Below the pieces are notes generated by a model, which was given only the letters and a program-made list of their open reading frames with translations, was not told the origin of the DNA and ran no database searches. The translations under genes were made by a program, and so were the position numbers. Of a stretch of DNA of 64,000 bases, positions 1 through 10,702 are shown in pieces. The stretch is from NCBI GenBank assembly GCA_046563655.1, contig CM102285.1, positions 11,594,001-11,658,000 of the forward strand, written 5' to 3'. Position 1 is the first letter of the stretch. Each line of letters opens with the position of its first letter. The DNA comes from Yuukianura sp. NJ FZ-2021. Taxonomy: Eukaryota.

Positions 1-1749
1 TTAGTCAAATCAACAGTCTTGTTCAAATGAAATTGAATTTCTTCCAACGTCATGTTTCTCGTCTCCGGTACACAGAAGAATACGAAAACAGTTGCAAGGA
101 TCCCAAAAGTTCCGAACATCCAAAAAGACCATTGCATTCCACAGCAATTAGCTACAACATTGAAGTACCTTGTGATAACAAACGAAAGGAAAAAGTGGAT
201 AGACGATCCCAGTCCAGAAGTTATTCCTGAAAAGTAAGAAACAGTTTGAGACATTTGAGACGCCAAAGAGAAAGTCCAAGTGTTTTCACTTGCCTACGAT
301 GTTATTAGGTACAATTTCGGTCATGACGAGCCAGGGAACATTGTACCACCCACTAGCGTAAGTGCTAATGTAGACCAGCACCATTGTCAATGGAATCCAT
401 TCAATACTTTCGAGTCCTTCCTTGTTTGTTGATTTCACGTAAAAGTAGAATCCTAGAATGATAACTGGAAAAGTAGAACAAATTCCGGAAGTGAGTAAAA
501 GTGGTCGTCTTCCGATGGAATCTACGAAGAAACTTGATAAAGCTACAGTGATGACCAGTATAAATCCGATGATGACTGTACTCAAGTGGGGGTTAATCAG
601 AGTTCCAGCTGCCTCAAATATTGTTACGGAAAAGTAGAGTAGTGAAGGATATCCAAGGCACTGCTGGAACATCATGAGACCCATACTGATCAGAAGCGGC
701 CTCATTACAGTTGGGGACGCCAGCCTCGCGATGCAAGAACCATTCTTGGGTTTTAGTAAACTGGTTTGAATCTGCAATTTGAAAATCAAATTTAGAACAA
801 GGTATTTTTGCCAAAAAGTTTATATGTTGAATTACCAAGTTCATTTCTTCCTGAACTTCATCAGACGCGTCCGTTCCACGGAGCCAACACAATGCGTCGA
901 ATGCTTCTTTAAGTTTGTTTCTTGTAAGAAGAAATCTTGGCGATTCAGGCACAACGCTAAGCAGAATTAGGTACAAAAATGAAGGAATTGCGGATATGAA
1001 CGTTTGCGACTTCCAGTCGACCAATGATCCCACGGTGTAAGAAAACAGTGTGCCAATTGCAGGCATAACTTGACCACATGAGTTTAATGTTCCTCGGATG
1101 TCACGGTCACTCACATCGGAGATGTAAACTACTGGAGCAAAAACTGCAGCGCCCATCGAAATCCCTGAGAATTCAAAACAAAACCATTAATTCAAAACTT
1201 CAACCTAAAATGAACTATTTTTTAAGATTGAGAATTTGGACATTCTTTTTACCGGCAATGAACCTCCCAGCATACAGCATCTCCACAGTTACTGCAAATC
1301 CCGTCAGTGAAAATCCAAGAATGAGCAGTACAGCTTGTCCGATCATTGTCGCCTTCCTTCCAAATTGATCCACACAAATTCCTGCTAGAGGAGCGGAGAG
1401 GAAAGCAGCAAACTGCAAATTGTCACAACAATATTATTTAGAAACATGAAAAATTCAAAATTTTCGAAAATCAAAATTTTGGCGAATCTCACCGGAGCCA
1501 ACGAAACTATCCATGATTGTTCTATGAGCGTCGTGTCTGAAAAACGTTCATCCTTCAACAAGCTGGGAACCGCTGTTGACGACCAACTTGATATCACCCC
1601 ATACGCAAAAATTCCAATTGAAGCTAAAACAAAAATCAAATACTAAAAACAAGAATTCAAAATTAAAATTCACAAATCTTACCCGTAAATGCAGCCAAAA
1701 TTTGAGGTCTTCGTCGTTTTGAAAATACGGAAGTTAGAGAAAGGGGCAT
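1..1749 (-). CDS. Tret1: Facilitated trehalose transporter Tret1-like MFS sugar porter, copy 1 (multi-exon; stop codon lies just beyond the left window edge)
   Basis: Spliced minus-strand model: ATG at 1749 (MPLSLTSVFSKRRRPQILAAF), exons ~1683-1749, 1493-1623, 1253-1412, 836-1164, 294-771, 1-226. Sugar-porter motifs present: DQFGRK, GRFIAG, VPESPRFL, FQQCLG, DSIGRRPLL, VPWLVMTEIVP, VPETRNMTLEEIQ. Confidence 0.9.
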
Positions 1750-2454
1750 TTCTGAACTATTTCTAACAGAAAATCAGCACCTCATTGGAAAGGTATTATT
1801 GACAAGCCAATCTACAGATAAAGTCATCACTTTTCATGACACTTGAAGGTTGGGCATGACGCGTGCAAAGGTGATGCGCTGCAATTAGCTGGAGACAAAT
1901 ACGATGTAGAGATCACCAAAACTGACGTCACTGCAGGAGAAAATTTTCGTCCAAATTGCAGTTTCTGTTTATACTACTTACACAAAGTGTTGAAGATAGG
2001 GGAACGCTCTGACTGTTTCCAAATTGTATTGTGATGAATATCCAGTTGGCTAATGTTTCAACTCAAGCTATTGTGGTTAAGACCCCAATTGATACTACAA
2101 AAGATACATCGAGTTCTGGTAGCAGTTGGCTGGAGAAGCATACGTTCCAGTTACAGTTATTTAGCTCATTAGCTGCCGAGCAACCGCAGAAATGGATTTG
2201 AAAACCAAATTCGTCCAGCCAAAAATTCATTGCCTCAACAACGTTTACTTTACAAGTGAAACCTGCAATTTTTTTCTTGCCGAAGGAGAAACTTCCAGAG
2301 ACATTCTGGAATGGAGATGGTTGAAGCCCAAAAACTTAGTACTAAGGCTAAACATAAAAGTAATTTCTCCTTAACAATAATAACGTGATTAACACACTCG
2401 ACTGGAGGTTGGCGTTGCGCAAGCTTGTTGGAGATTTCCAAAGCAAAATAGGTT

Positions 2455-4294
2455 TCAATTTGCAAATCCTTGTTGAATCTCATCCAAAGTTTTCCCACGC
2501 GTTTCCGGAAGTAGAAAGTAAATCAAAACGAGTCCAATGCTTGAAATGATAGCAAAAATCCACCAGGACCAAGTGTAGCCCACGAGGTCTTGATATTGCT
2601 CGAAGAAATGAATGATGAGAAACGCCAGGGTCCAACTGACCATTGCGGTCATTGCTGAGGTCAAACCTGTTTTCAGAAGTTCAAAGAAACAGTTTTAGTC
2701 AACATTCAATTGGTTGATTCAATTCGTAGAATCAGTTGAAATCAAAATATCTGCGTTCAAACCTTTAACTTTTTGAGGCAAGAGTTCTCCCATTATAACC
2801 CAAGGCAAAGGCCCCATTCCAACAGCAAATCCGACACTGAAAATGCAAAAGCCAACCAGTGGTAGCCATCCAACCATCTCTCCAAATTCGCGTCCACGAC
2901 AGTGTAGGTAGAAGTAGAGGCCAATGATACCCAGAGCTATCGTCACCAGCGTCTGTGACACAAGTATCAAAACGCGACGTCCCGCTCGGTCAACCAAATT
3001 CGCAGCCACCATGCTCATAATGACTTGAACCACGGCGATTGAAATTGCACCCACGTCGTCGTCGATATGCTTCCCAGCATCAACAAAAATTGAGTGAGCA
3101 AAGAAGATGATCGCATTGATTCCAGAGAATTGTTGAAAGAACATGAGCATGAGGCAGAGACCCGTGGGTTTTAGAACTGGCTTGGTAAAGAAGTCTCCAC
3201 ATTTGACTCTTCCGTAGTGCGTGGCTTCGTTTACGCTTCGTTGAATCTTCAAAATTGAAAACAGTAAGTATACAAGATCTGCGTGATTTTTTAAGTCTAA
3301 AATCTGTCTTACTTGTCGTAATTCGGGGTCAACGTTAATTGATAATCCAGCAGACCTCAGCCAGCACAGTTTTCGGCTTGCTTCGCTAATCCTTCCCTTA
3401 CTTAAGAGAAAGTGCGGCGTTTCGGGCATGAAGACCATCAGAACTATGAGGAGAAAAGGTACGACGCTGCAAGCCAGGGAAAGTGAAAACCAAGACATAA
3501 AACTGCCCACGAAGTACCTGAGTAAAAGCAGTTTCTTAGTTTTCATAAATATAAATTAGTTTTCATAGTCAATCCACAAAGAAAGTACAATTTGTTGAAA
3601 CTTACGAGAATAAGATCCCAAGGCAGAGAAACATTTGGAAGCATCCTCCGAGTCTTCCACGGATTTGGCGGTCCGAAATTTCGGAAATGTACATTGGCAC
3701 CGTGACGCTGTATGTACCTCCGCAAAACCCTGAAAATTATAAACGTTCCAATAAATTACTGAAAAGTAGCAATTTACAGTATAGTCTTCTTGAGCAAGTT
3801 ACCAGTGATGAAGCGTCCCAACTGGAGCATCACTGCACTGTTAGCGAATACAATCAACAGCCACCCAGCAATGAACGGGAAGGTCATCAGCATGATGGTT
3901 CGTTTCCGGCCGAGCTTCTCCGCGAACAGTCCAGCGAATGGACAGGAGAAAGCAGCTCCTAACTGAACATTTTCCAAAAAAAATTTGTATAAAACCTTGC
4001 AAACGAATTTGTATTTATAAGGTTTCAATTTCAACTCACCACTACGATAGATCCAATCCATGCCTTCGTTTGACCTGAGAGTTCAAATGGTTTCGTTTCT
4101 TCTAAAGATGGAAGTCCCGGAGATGCCCATCCTATTGTTGTTCCAAATGCAAAGACTCCAACAGTCGCTGAAATAAAATAAGCAAAAATCAAAACACGAA
4201 CAAATTGAGAAACTATGAAGATTGAACTTTAGAATTTACCTGCTAGCGCAGCACAAACTTGCGGAAGACGATGAGCCCAAAATTGGTCAAGCAT
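2455..4294 (-). CDS. Tret1: Tret1-like MFS sugar porter, copy 2 (multi-exon)
   Basis: ATG at 4294 (MLDQFWAHRLPQVCAALA|). Motifs EKLGRKRT, GRFITG, MPETPHFLL, FQQFSGINAIIFF, DRAGRRVL, GPLPWVIMGELLP, LPETRGKTLDEIQ. Stop at 2455-2457. GT-AG introns of ~60-70 bp. Confidence 0.92.
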
Positions 4295-4889
4295 GGTGTC
4301 TGTCGGTGTGTCTCGCTTTGAAAACAAAGCTGATCTAACTCGAGCCACGGCGCATAATTATTATTATTAAGAGCTACAATTAAGATGGCTTAAAGTTATC
4401 AACGGAAATGCGGTTAGAACCTAAAAGCAAGTAAGACGCTCAAGGAAACCCAGACCACCAAACTTATTAAATTTCAATACAGAGATTAGCTTTCACATTG
4501 TGCCAAAAGTTAGCACGCAAAATCGTTACAAAATTCGTTGAGGGTCGTATGGTCGACGCAATTTCCAGTGTAAAGACACAGGAAAGTTAGTTTTTTGAGA
4601 GCATTGTTTGCAGAAAGTGAAATGAAAATATTTTGTTTAGAAATATAGAAACTCCGAACAAGGACTGCAATAGATACATAGCATAAGTTTTAGAAAAAAA
4701 ACTACTATACAGAAAAATTGCCTTCTTCGAGGACTTATTTATTATAAGTACTTTACACTTTAGTAAGTGAAATTAACAATGAAGATAACATCACGTAACG
4801 AAAGGACGAGAGTACCAGGCAAGAAGCAACTGATCTTTTGTGTTTTCACAGTAACTTTTCTGTGTAAAACGCATCTAACTTCACTTGAA

Positions 4890-7769
4890 TCACTTGTCAT
4901 CAGCTCGGAATCCCGGATTACTACTTCCTTGGTAACTTCCGCCGTAATTCGGTTCTGGCGAACCAAAGAGGGCTTGAATTTCCTCCAATGACTTGCCTTT
5001 CGTTTCCGGTAACACCAACAAAACGAATACAGTCCCCACTCCACAGACGATGGCAAATAGCCAGAAAGACCATGAACCTCCAATTAATTCCATCAAGGAT
5101 TGGAAGAACATGGTTACAAGAAAAGCAATGGACCAGTTGAGCACAGTTGCGAGGGAGGATGCGATCCCTACGAAAAAGAAGATATTGCTCAAGACCTGAA
5201 ATTAGTGTCAAGATTATTTGTTAAGAACGTACCCAATGCTCGTGCTGGCAAAATCTCTCCCAGCATCTATAGCAAAAAAAAAATCGATGCAAGTTGTTAA
5301 TTTGTAGTTACAGTTTGTCTATTTTTAGTTGTAAATGTAAAATAAAATCACTCAATTACCATCCATGGGATAGGTCCAAACCCTAAGGAGAATGCAACAA
5401 TGAAGAGCATCATTGAAATCAGTGGCAACCAACCAATTTCCGTGTAAATAGGATCCTTCAGGTCATCTTTCAAGTAGAAGTACACTCCAAGGGCAACCAA
5501 ACTCAAGCACATCACTACATCGGAAATAGTTAGCAAGATCTTTCTGCCAGCACGATCCACCAATACCATTGATACGAAGGTAGCCACGACTTGCACAACA
5601 CCGATGAGAATTGTTGAAATACCGGCATCCATGCTGGACCCAGCATCCGTAAATATAGAGGCGGAATAGAAGATCACGGCATTGATACCGCCTGAAAAGC
5701 AATACAGTGGTGTCACGATTGCTCATTAAACTCCGGTATTTAAACAAGGACTTACTTAGTTGTTGAAATGCCATCAAGGCCAGCATCATTGAAGTTGGTT
5801 TCAAAATTGTGGGATGTAGAAGGTCCTTGAAGGAAGCTTGATTTCTGACAGATTCCTCTACGGCTTGCTTGATCTAAGGTAATACATGAACTTTCATCAA
5901 AATATACAAGCAAATTTCTGGATTTTTTAACTTACAGCAGACAATTCTGGTGCGACCGCAGATTCGCTATGAGCCCCACGCAATTTCACCAAAGAATTAG
6001 CTGCTTCTAATGTTTTTCCTTTGAAAATGTAGTATCTTGGTGACTCTGGCATAAAAAACATGCAGACACAAAATATGGCTGGAACAAAGGCACATACGAC
6101 TGACAACCACATCCATGTAGTAAAATATCCCACGACGTAACTGTTAAAAATTTAGAACTTTAACAATATGTCTTTCCTTTTTTTCGAAGCTAGATTAACG
6201 CATACGCAATGTAAGTATTCGAAAAGATTTGAAATATACAATTTACTCACACAAACAGGATTCCAAGAACAACCATAAGTTGGAAGCCGGAACCAAGTGT
6301 TCCTCGTAGTTTCTTTTCAGTTGTTTCACCGACGTAAACTGGTGCTAGAATTACAAGTAAAGTTGGTTTGGATATGTTTGAATCAATGCTAAGGTGAAAG
6401 GTTAACGAAAGCTGTATATTTACTGCTTTATCATCACTAAATCGCTTCCACGTCATTACATCAGTTCAATTACGTAAGTGGCAATTACATAAGTGACAAA
6501 GACATCAGTGTCAATTACATCAGTACTACAAACACATCAGTAGTGCAATTACATCCAAAGCATTTACATCAGTGACAATTACATCAGTACTACAATTACA
6601 TCAAGAGCAATTATATCATATTGGTATTAGACAATTTCATTTAAATAATAAAGCTTCTAGAATTAATTACTTTTAAAATTTTGGCTACTACTAACCTAAC
6701 ATGAGTAATTAAAGTAAAATTCTGAAAAATTCTAAACCTGCGAGACGTAATCCGTATTGCGAACTTTAGAAAACCTAACACCGCGCCTTCGGCGCGCAAA
6801 ACTAGAACCACTTGTGTTGTAACTTGATAACTGATGTAAATGCTTTGGATGTAATTGCCTCACTGATGTAATTGTCACTGATGTAAATGCTTTGGATGTA
6901 ATTGTACTACTGACGTGTTTGTAGTACTGATGTAATTGACACTGATGTCTTTGTCACTTATATAATTGTCACTTACGTAATTGATCTGATGTAATGACGT
7001 GCAACGCACTAAATCTTACATGCCAGAGAAAAAGCCCCTCCGCAAAATCCGGTCATAAATCTGCCAATGACTAGCATTTCATAATTTTGAGCAAAGGCAA
7101 TAAGAAGCCATCCAGCCAGAAACGGCGGTGAGGTCAGCAGCATTGTTGTCTTTCTGCCTAGTTTTCCGATTAAATATCCAGTTACGAGACACGCACAAAT
7201 GGCGCCAACTGGGACAATTGATCCCAGCAGTGCTTCTTCAGGAGTCTTATATAGCCATGAGAATAAGGGGTCTTTTTGCAGGCTGATGAGAGCTGGGGAA
7301 GTCCAGCCAAGCACCTAAAAATTTATTTTAAATAAAATTTTCACTCATCAAAAAAAAAATGCGAATGCAACGAATTGGAAAAGTTTTTACCGTTCCTAGT
7401 CCAAAGGCTCCCATGTTCGCTAGAAAAACAACACACGCATCTTTAATTAAATACTCGTTTGATTTAATTTTATGATTGACAAAGTGTTCATTTTGTGATT
7501 GACAGGGTAAATCAAAATGTTTTTGTCCTTGAAATTGAACATTTTCATTTCGTATCAGTAATAAGCGTTAAACGTTAGAGGATATCGATCAGATACACAC
7601 AAGGACATGGACTTATCTTTCCGGCTTTACAAAAAAAAACATCGCTGATCACTTTGTCGGTTTTGCCACTGCGGCTATCAAATTCGAAATCATAAAGTAA
7701 AATTTTACCGGAGCCGGCTGCCATGAACTGCCATTTCTTCGATCCACTGTAAAATTCAACTTCAGTCAT
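4890..7769 (-). CDS. Tret1: Tret1-like MFS sugar porter, copy 3 (multi-exon, includes micro-exons at ~7391-7419 and ~5233-5266)
   Basis: ATG at 7769 (MTEVEFYSGSKKWQFMAAGS). Motifs LGWTSPAL, GKLGRK, APVYVGET, MPESPRYY, FQQL/SGINAVIFYS, DRAGRKILL, GFGPIPWM, LPETKGKSLEEIQALF. Stop at 4890-4892. Confidence 0.93.
6443..7006. mobile_element. Foldback/MITE-type non-autonomous element in an intron of Tret1 copy 3
   Basis: Inverted arms of ~170 bp (6443-6617 vs 6830-7006) built from ~15-bp modules (CAATTACATCAGTGA-like). Flanked by the direct repeat CACTAAAT(C) at 6435-6442/3 and 7007-7014/5, an 8-9 bp TSD. Confidence 0.88.
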
Positions 7770-9645
7770 CTTTCTTGATTGCAATTCTTATTAAATCGAA
7801 GTTAGTTTGCTTTTAACGACGCTTCTCTGTTGGATTTTGGTTCTCGATCTTCTTTCGATATCGATTCTGCAAAGAAATCAACAAAGTAAAAATTAGATTT
7901 TTAGATTCTTCAAAAAACTTTAGCAGGCACTCCCCTCGAGCTACACGGCAATAATTATACTGACCACTAAAATTTTCCAACCTAATGCACTTACTAACTT
8001 AACTCGCCTTGTGCTTATTATTCAACACAACAACTACAACTGGGTTAAGTACGTACATATGAAAGAAGACCTAAGTTGTGTACCCGTAACAATGACACAT
8101 ATTATTCTCCTGCCTGATTAATATTCAGTTCAACAAAAGGAATTGATTGGCACTCTGGACTCTTCTTCTCTATAATTCAGACTAATCGTAACGTGTAAAT
8201 ACTAAAAACTACAACTAGTTGCTTCCGTTTTTTGCTTTCTGGCAACAGAATTTGCTAAAATTACGATGAGTGCGCATTAAATTGCGTAACATTACCCCAG
8301 CTATAGTTATAGGGAAACCTACGAACGAGATGAAAAAGATGATGTTCAATGACGCTTGTTGAATGTTGATGTCCAAGAACAATCCGTCCCAGTCCCAGCT
8401 CAACTATTTTGTTGGAGAAGTATTATTTTGGCACAAAAAAACTGGAAGTGAGAGATGCAATAACCTAAACCTAGGAAGTTGTATGAGGTTTATAAACCAA
8501 GGATTTTGAGAGGACTTGACATCAATATTGAAATCCATGGAGGAGATAGTGTAATGGGTATCTTTATCTCTGAGGTGTCACACCTCAACTAATCTTTCAA
8601 CAAATCAAATCTGAAATGATGTGGTGATCCAAATGGTTTAGCCTGGTACTTCAGATTAATCGTGAACTAAAAACCAGCCACAGAGTATCACTGTGGGCAT
8701 GGGCACAGTATGTCACTGTTTTGATCATTCGCATTACTTACACGAAAAGCATGTCCAGGTTATCCAGAAGAGGTTTCAGGAAAATACACAACAAAAGGCT
8801 GATGTCATTATGGCCAGGCCGGGTGAATCGTCGTAACCACACCGACACCACGAGCCTAAAAACAAGCGAAAATGATGACAAAACTAAATCAGTAAGATTG
8901 ATGTTTTACCTGTAAATTCTGGAATATTTCTCGGCACTTTCGCAGCAACCATCTTGACTCTAATGGGCAATCGATGTGACCTGCAATGCAATGACTGCCA
9001 ATGGATAGACATGTTGAGGATTTCGACCTTCTGCGAGGTGCCGCTAGATAGAAAGTGCCCGTAACAGTGAAAGGGACAAACAACACCTGTAGATCACACA
9101 ATAATGAAGAACAATTAATTCGTAATTACCTTGTAATTAGTACTTTACCTTGACCTTGATTGAAGCAAAGCATGAATTTAAGTTTCAAATGTCAATCCAC
9201 CCACATTCCACAAACCACAATTTTGAATTAGTATGTGTTATGTAATTTTAATTTACAAATTTTTCAAATTCAACTTTTTCCCGCCACTTGCTCCCCACCC
9301 AGAAAGTGAGAGGAGGGGAAGATTGTGCGAACCTTTTTGCTCCGTATAATACCCGGATAGCTCCGGCCAAAAACCGAGGGTTCACGTTTGAAACAGCAGT
9401 CTATAGCAGTACCACCCAAATCACACCGTGATTGCGTCGCGATTGACGCTCACTGATCTCAACTCCTCATCTACTCTGCATTACATAATTTTTTTCACGG
9501 TGTACAACTACTGAAGTGTTAAAAAAAATCACGCTCTAGAACACACTTCACAGAATTTTAGAATTCAGAACTCAGAACTTTTAGTAAATTTTTGGAATTT
9601 ATTTTCCGAAATCGTAAATTTTTGATAAAATGCTGAGTTTTCTTT

Positions 9646-10128
9646 TTAAAAAACGCGAAACCTGATTGCCTTCATGTAGTAGTTTCCAAATCCGCGAGAT
9701 TTCAGACCTCTGAAATCGTATTGCCGCTCTCTTGGCCTATAAGTGAAGTGATGAGGTTTGACCCTGTTTGACCTCACTGGATACAAAGGAAGTTGTTGAG
9801 TGTATCTTCTGTATTTGTCACTGCTTGTCTTATTTGGGTAGAAACGTCGCGTCCATCCTGAATATCTTGGGAAAGCACTTGGATACCTTCGTTTTGATCG
9901 AGTGACCTGCCCTAGAGCAATCAAATCCTTCTGAATTCCATGACCTCCGACCTGTTTGTTGCTGGTTAGCGCATTGCAATTACTTTGACTTCCGCTGCAA
10001 CCAGGATTAAGGGCAACACTTCTCTGGAGACTCTGCGGTGAAAGTAGATCCGTTTCATGAGAAAGTGTAAACTTTGTGAAAGTTAAACAAACAAAGCTAA
10101 TGGAGTACAAGGCCACTTTTAGGCCCAT
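9646..10128 (-). CDS. Putative secreted prepro-peptide, 160 aa, intronless (signal peptide, RSKR furin site, cationic Arg/Tyr/Pro-rich C-terminal half)
   Basis: Single ORF. Hydrophobic N-terminus MGLKVALYSISFVCLTFTKFTLS; RSKR at aa 77-80; the last 80 aa contain 20 K/R versus 3 D/E. No family recognised. Confidence 0.6.
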   Translation of the reverse strand: MGLKVALYSISFVCLTFTKFTLSHETDLLSPQSLQRSVALNPGCSGSQSNCNALTSNKQVGGHGIQKDLIALGQVTRSKRRYPSAFPRYSGWTRRFYPNKTSSDKYRRYTQQLPLYPVRSNRVKPHHFTYRPRERQYDFRGLKSRGFGNYYMKAIRFRVF

Positions 10129-10702
10129 GACTTTTTGGTATTCGATATTTATTTAATAGAGAGAAGACAATGTTACTGAGAACTAAAAACATTCAACTGC
10201 ATTTCAAAAATAGTACCTAGGTTAACAAAAACTTACTTAGTCCACGTCATACCAACTTCCTTGGCTAAAAAAAGGTACAATTACCACATCTTTCCGTTTC
10301 ACTTTTGACTTGGGCTGACGTTTTTCGAATTCAGTTTATTATGCAATGTTCAGAAATTATACAATGCTCAACCAAATTAATTGCAAAAGAGTAGTTTATT
10401 GTAATTTTTTTCGAATGATTATTTTTTGTAGTCTACGGTAAGTAATTGTATGTGCGAAACTTAATTTTGCTGCCTACTCTGCTAATTACGATGGTTTTAT
10501 TAAATATTTTGCTTAACTAATTGATTCGTGCTACAAAAAGAGTTACAAAGTTCGTTAACGTTTAATTACTATTGGTTTTCCATTTTCTTAATTTTCTTAG
10601 AACGCTGATTTGGGAAGTTAAAAACTTAAATTAAAATTCAAACAAGAATGCAAAAGAAAACTTGAGCTATAAAAGGTGACATTTCTTTTTTAACTTTTTT
10701 TT

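Noticed and set aside
4335..4355. Upstream ATG (MRRGSS*) before Tret1 copy 2
   Set aside because: Six-codon out-of-frame ORF. The TSS is unknown, so it cannot be called a functional uORF.
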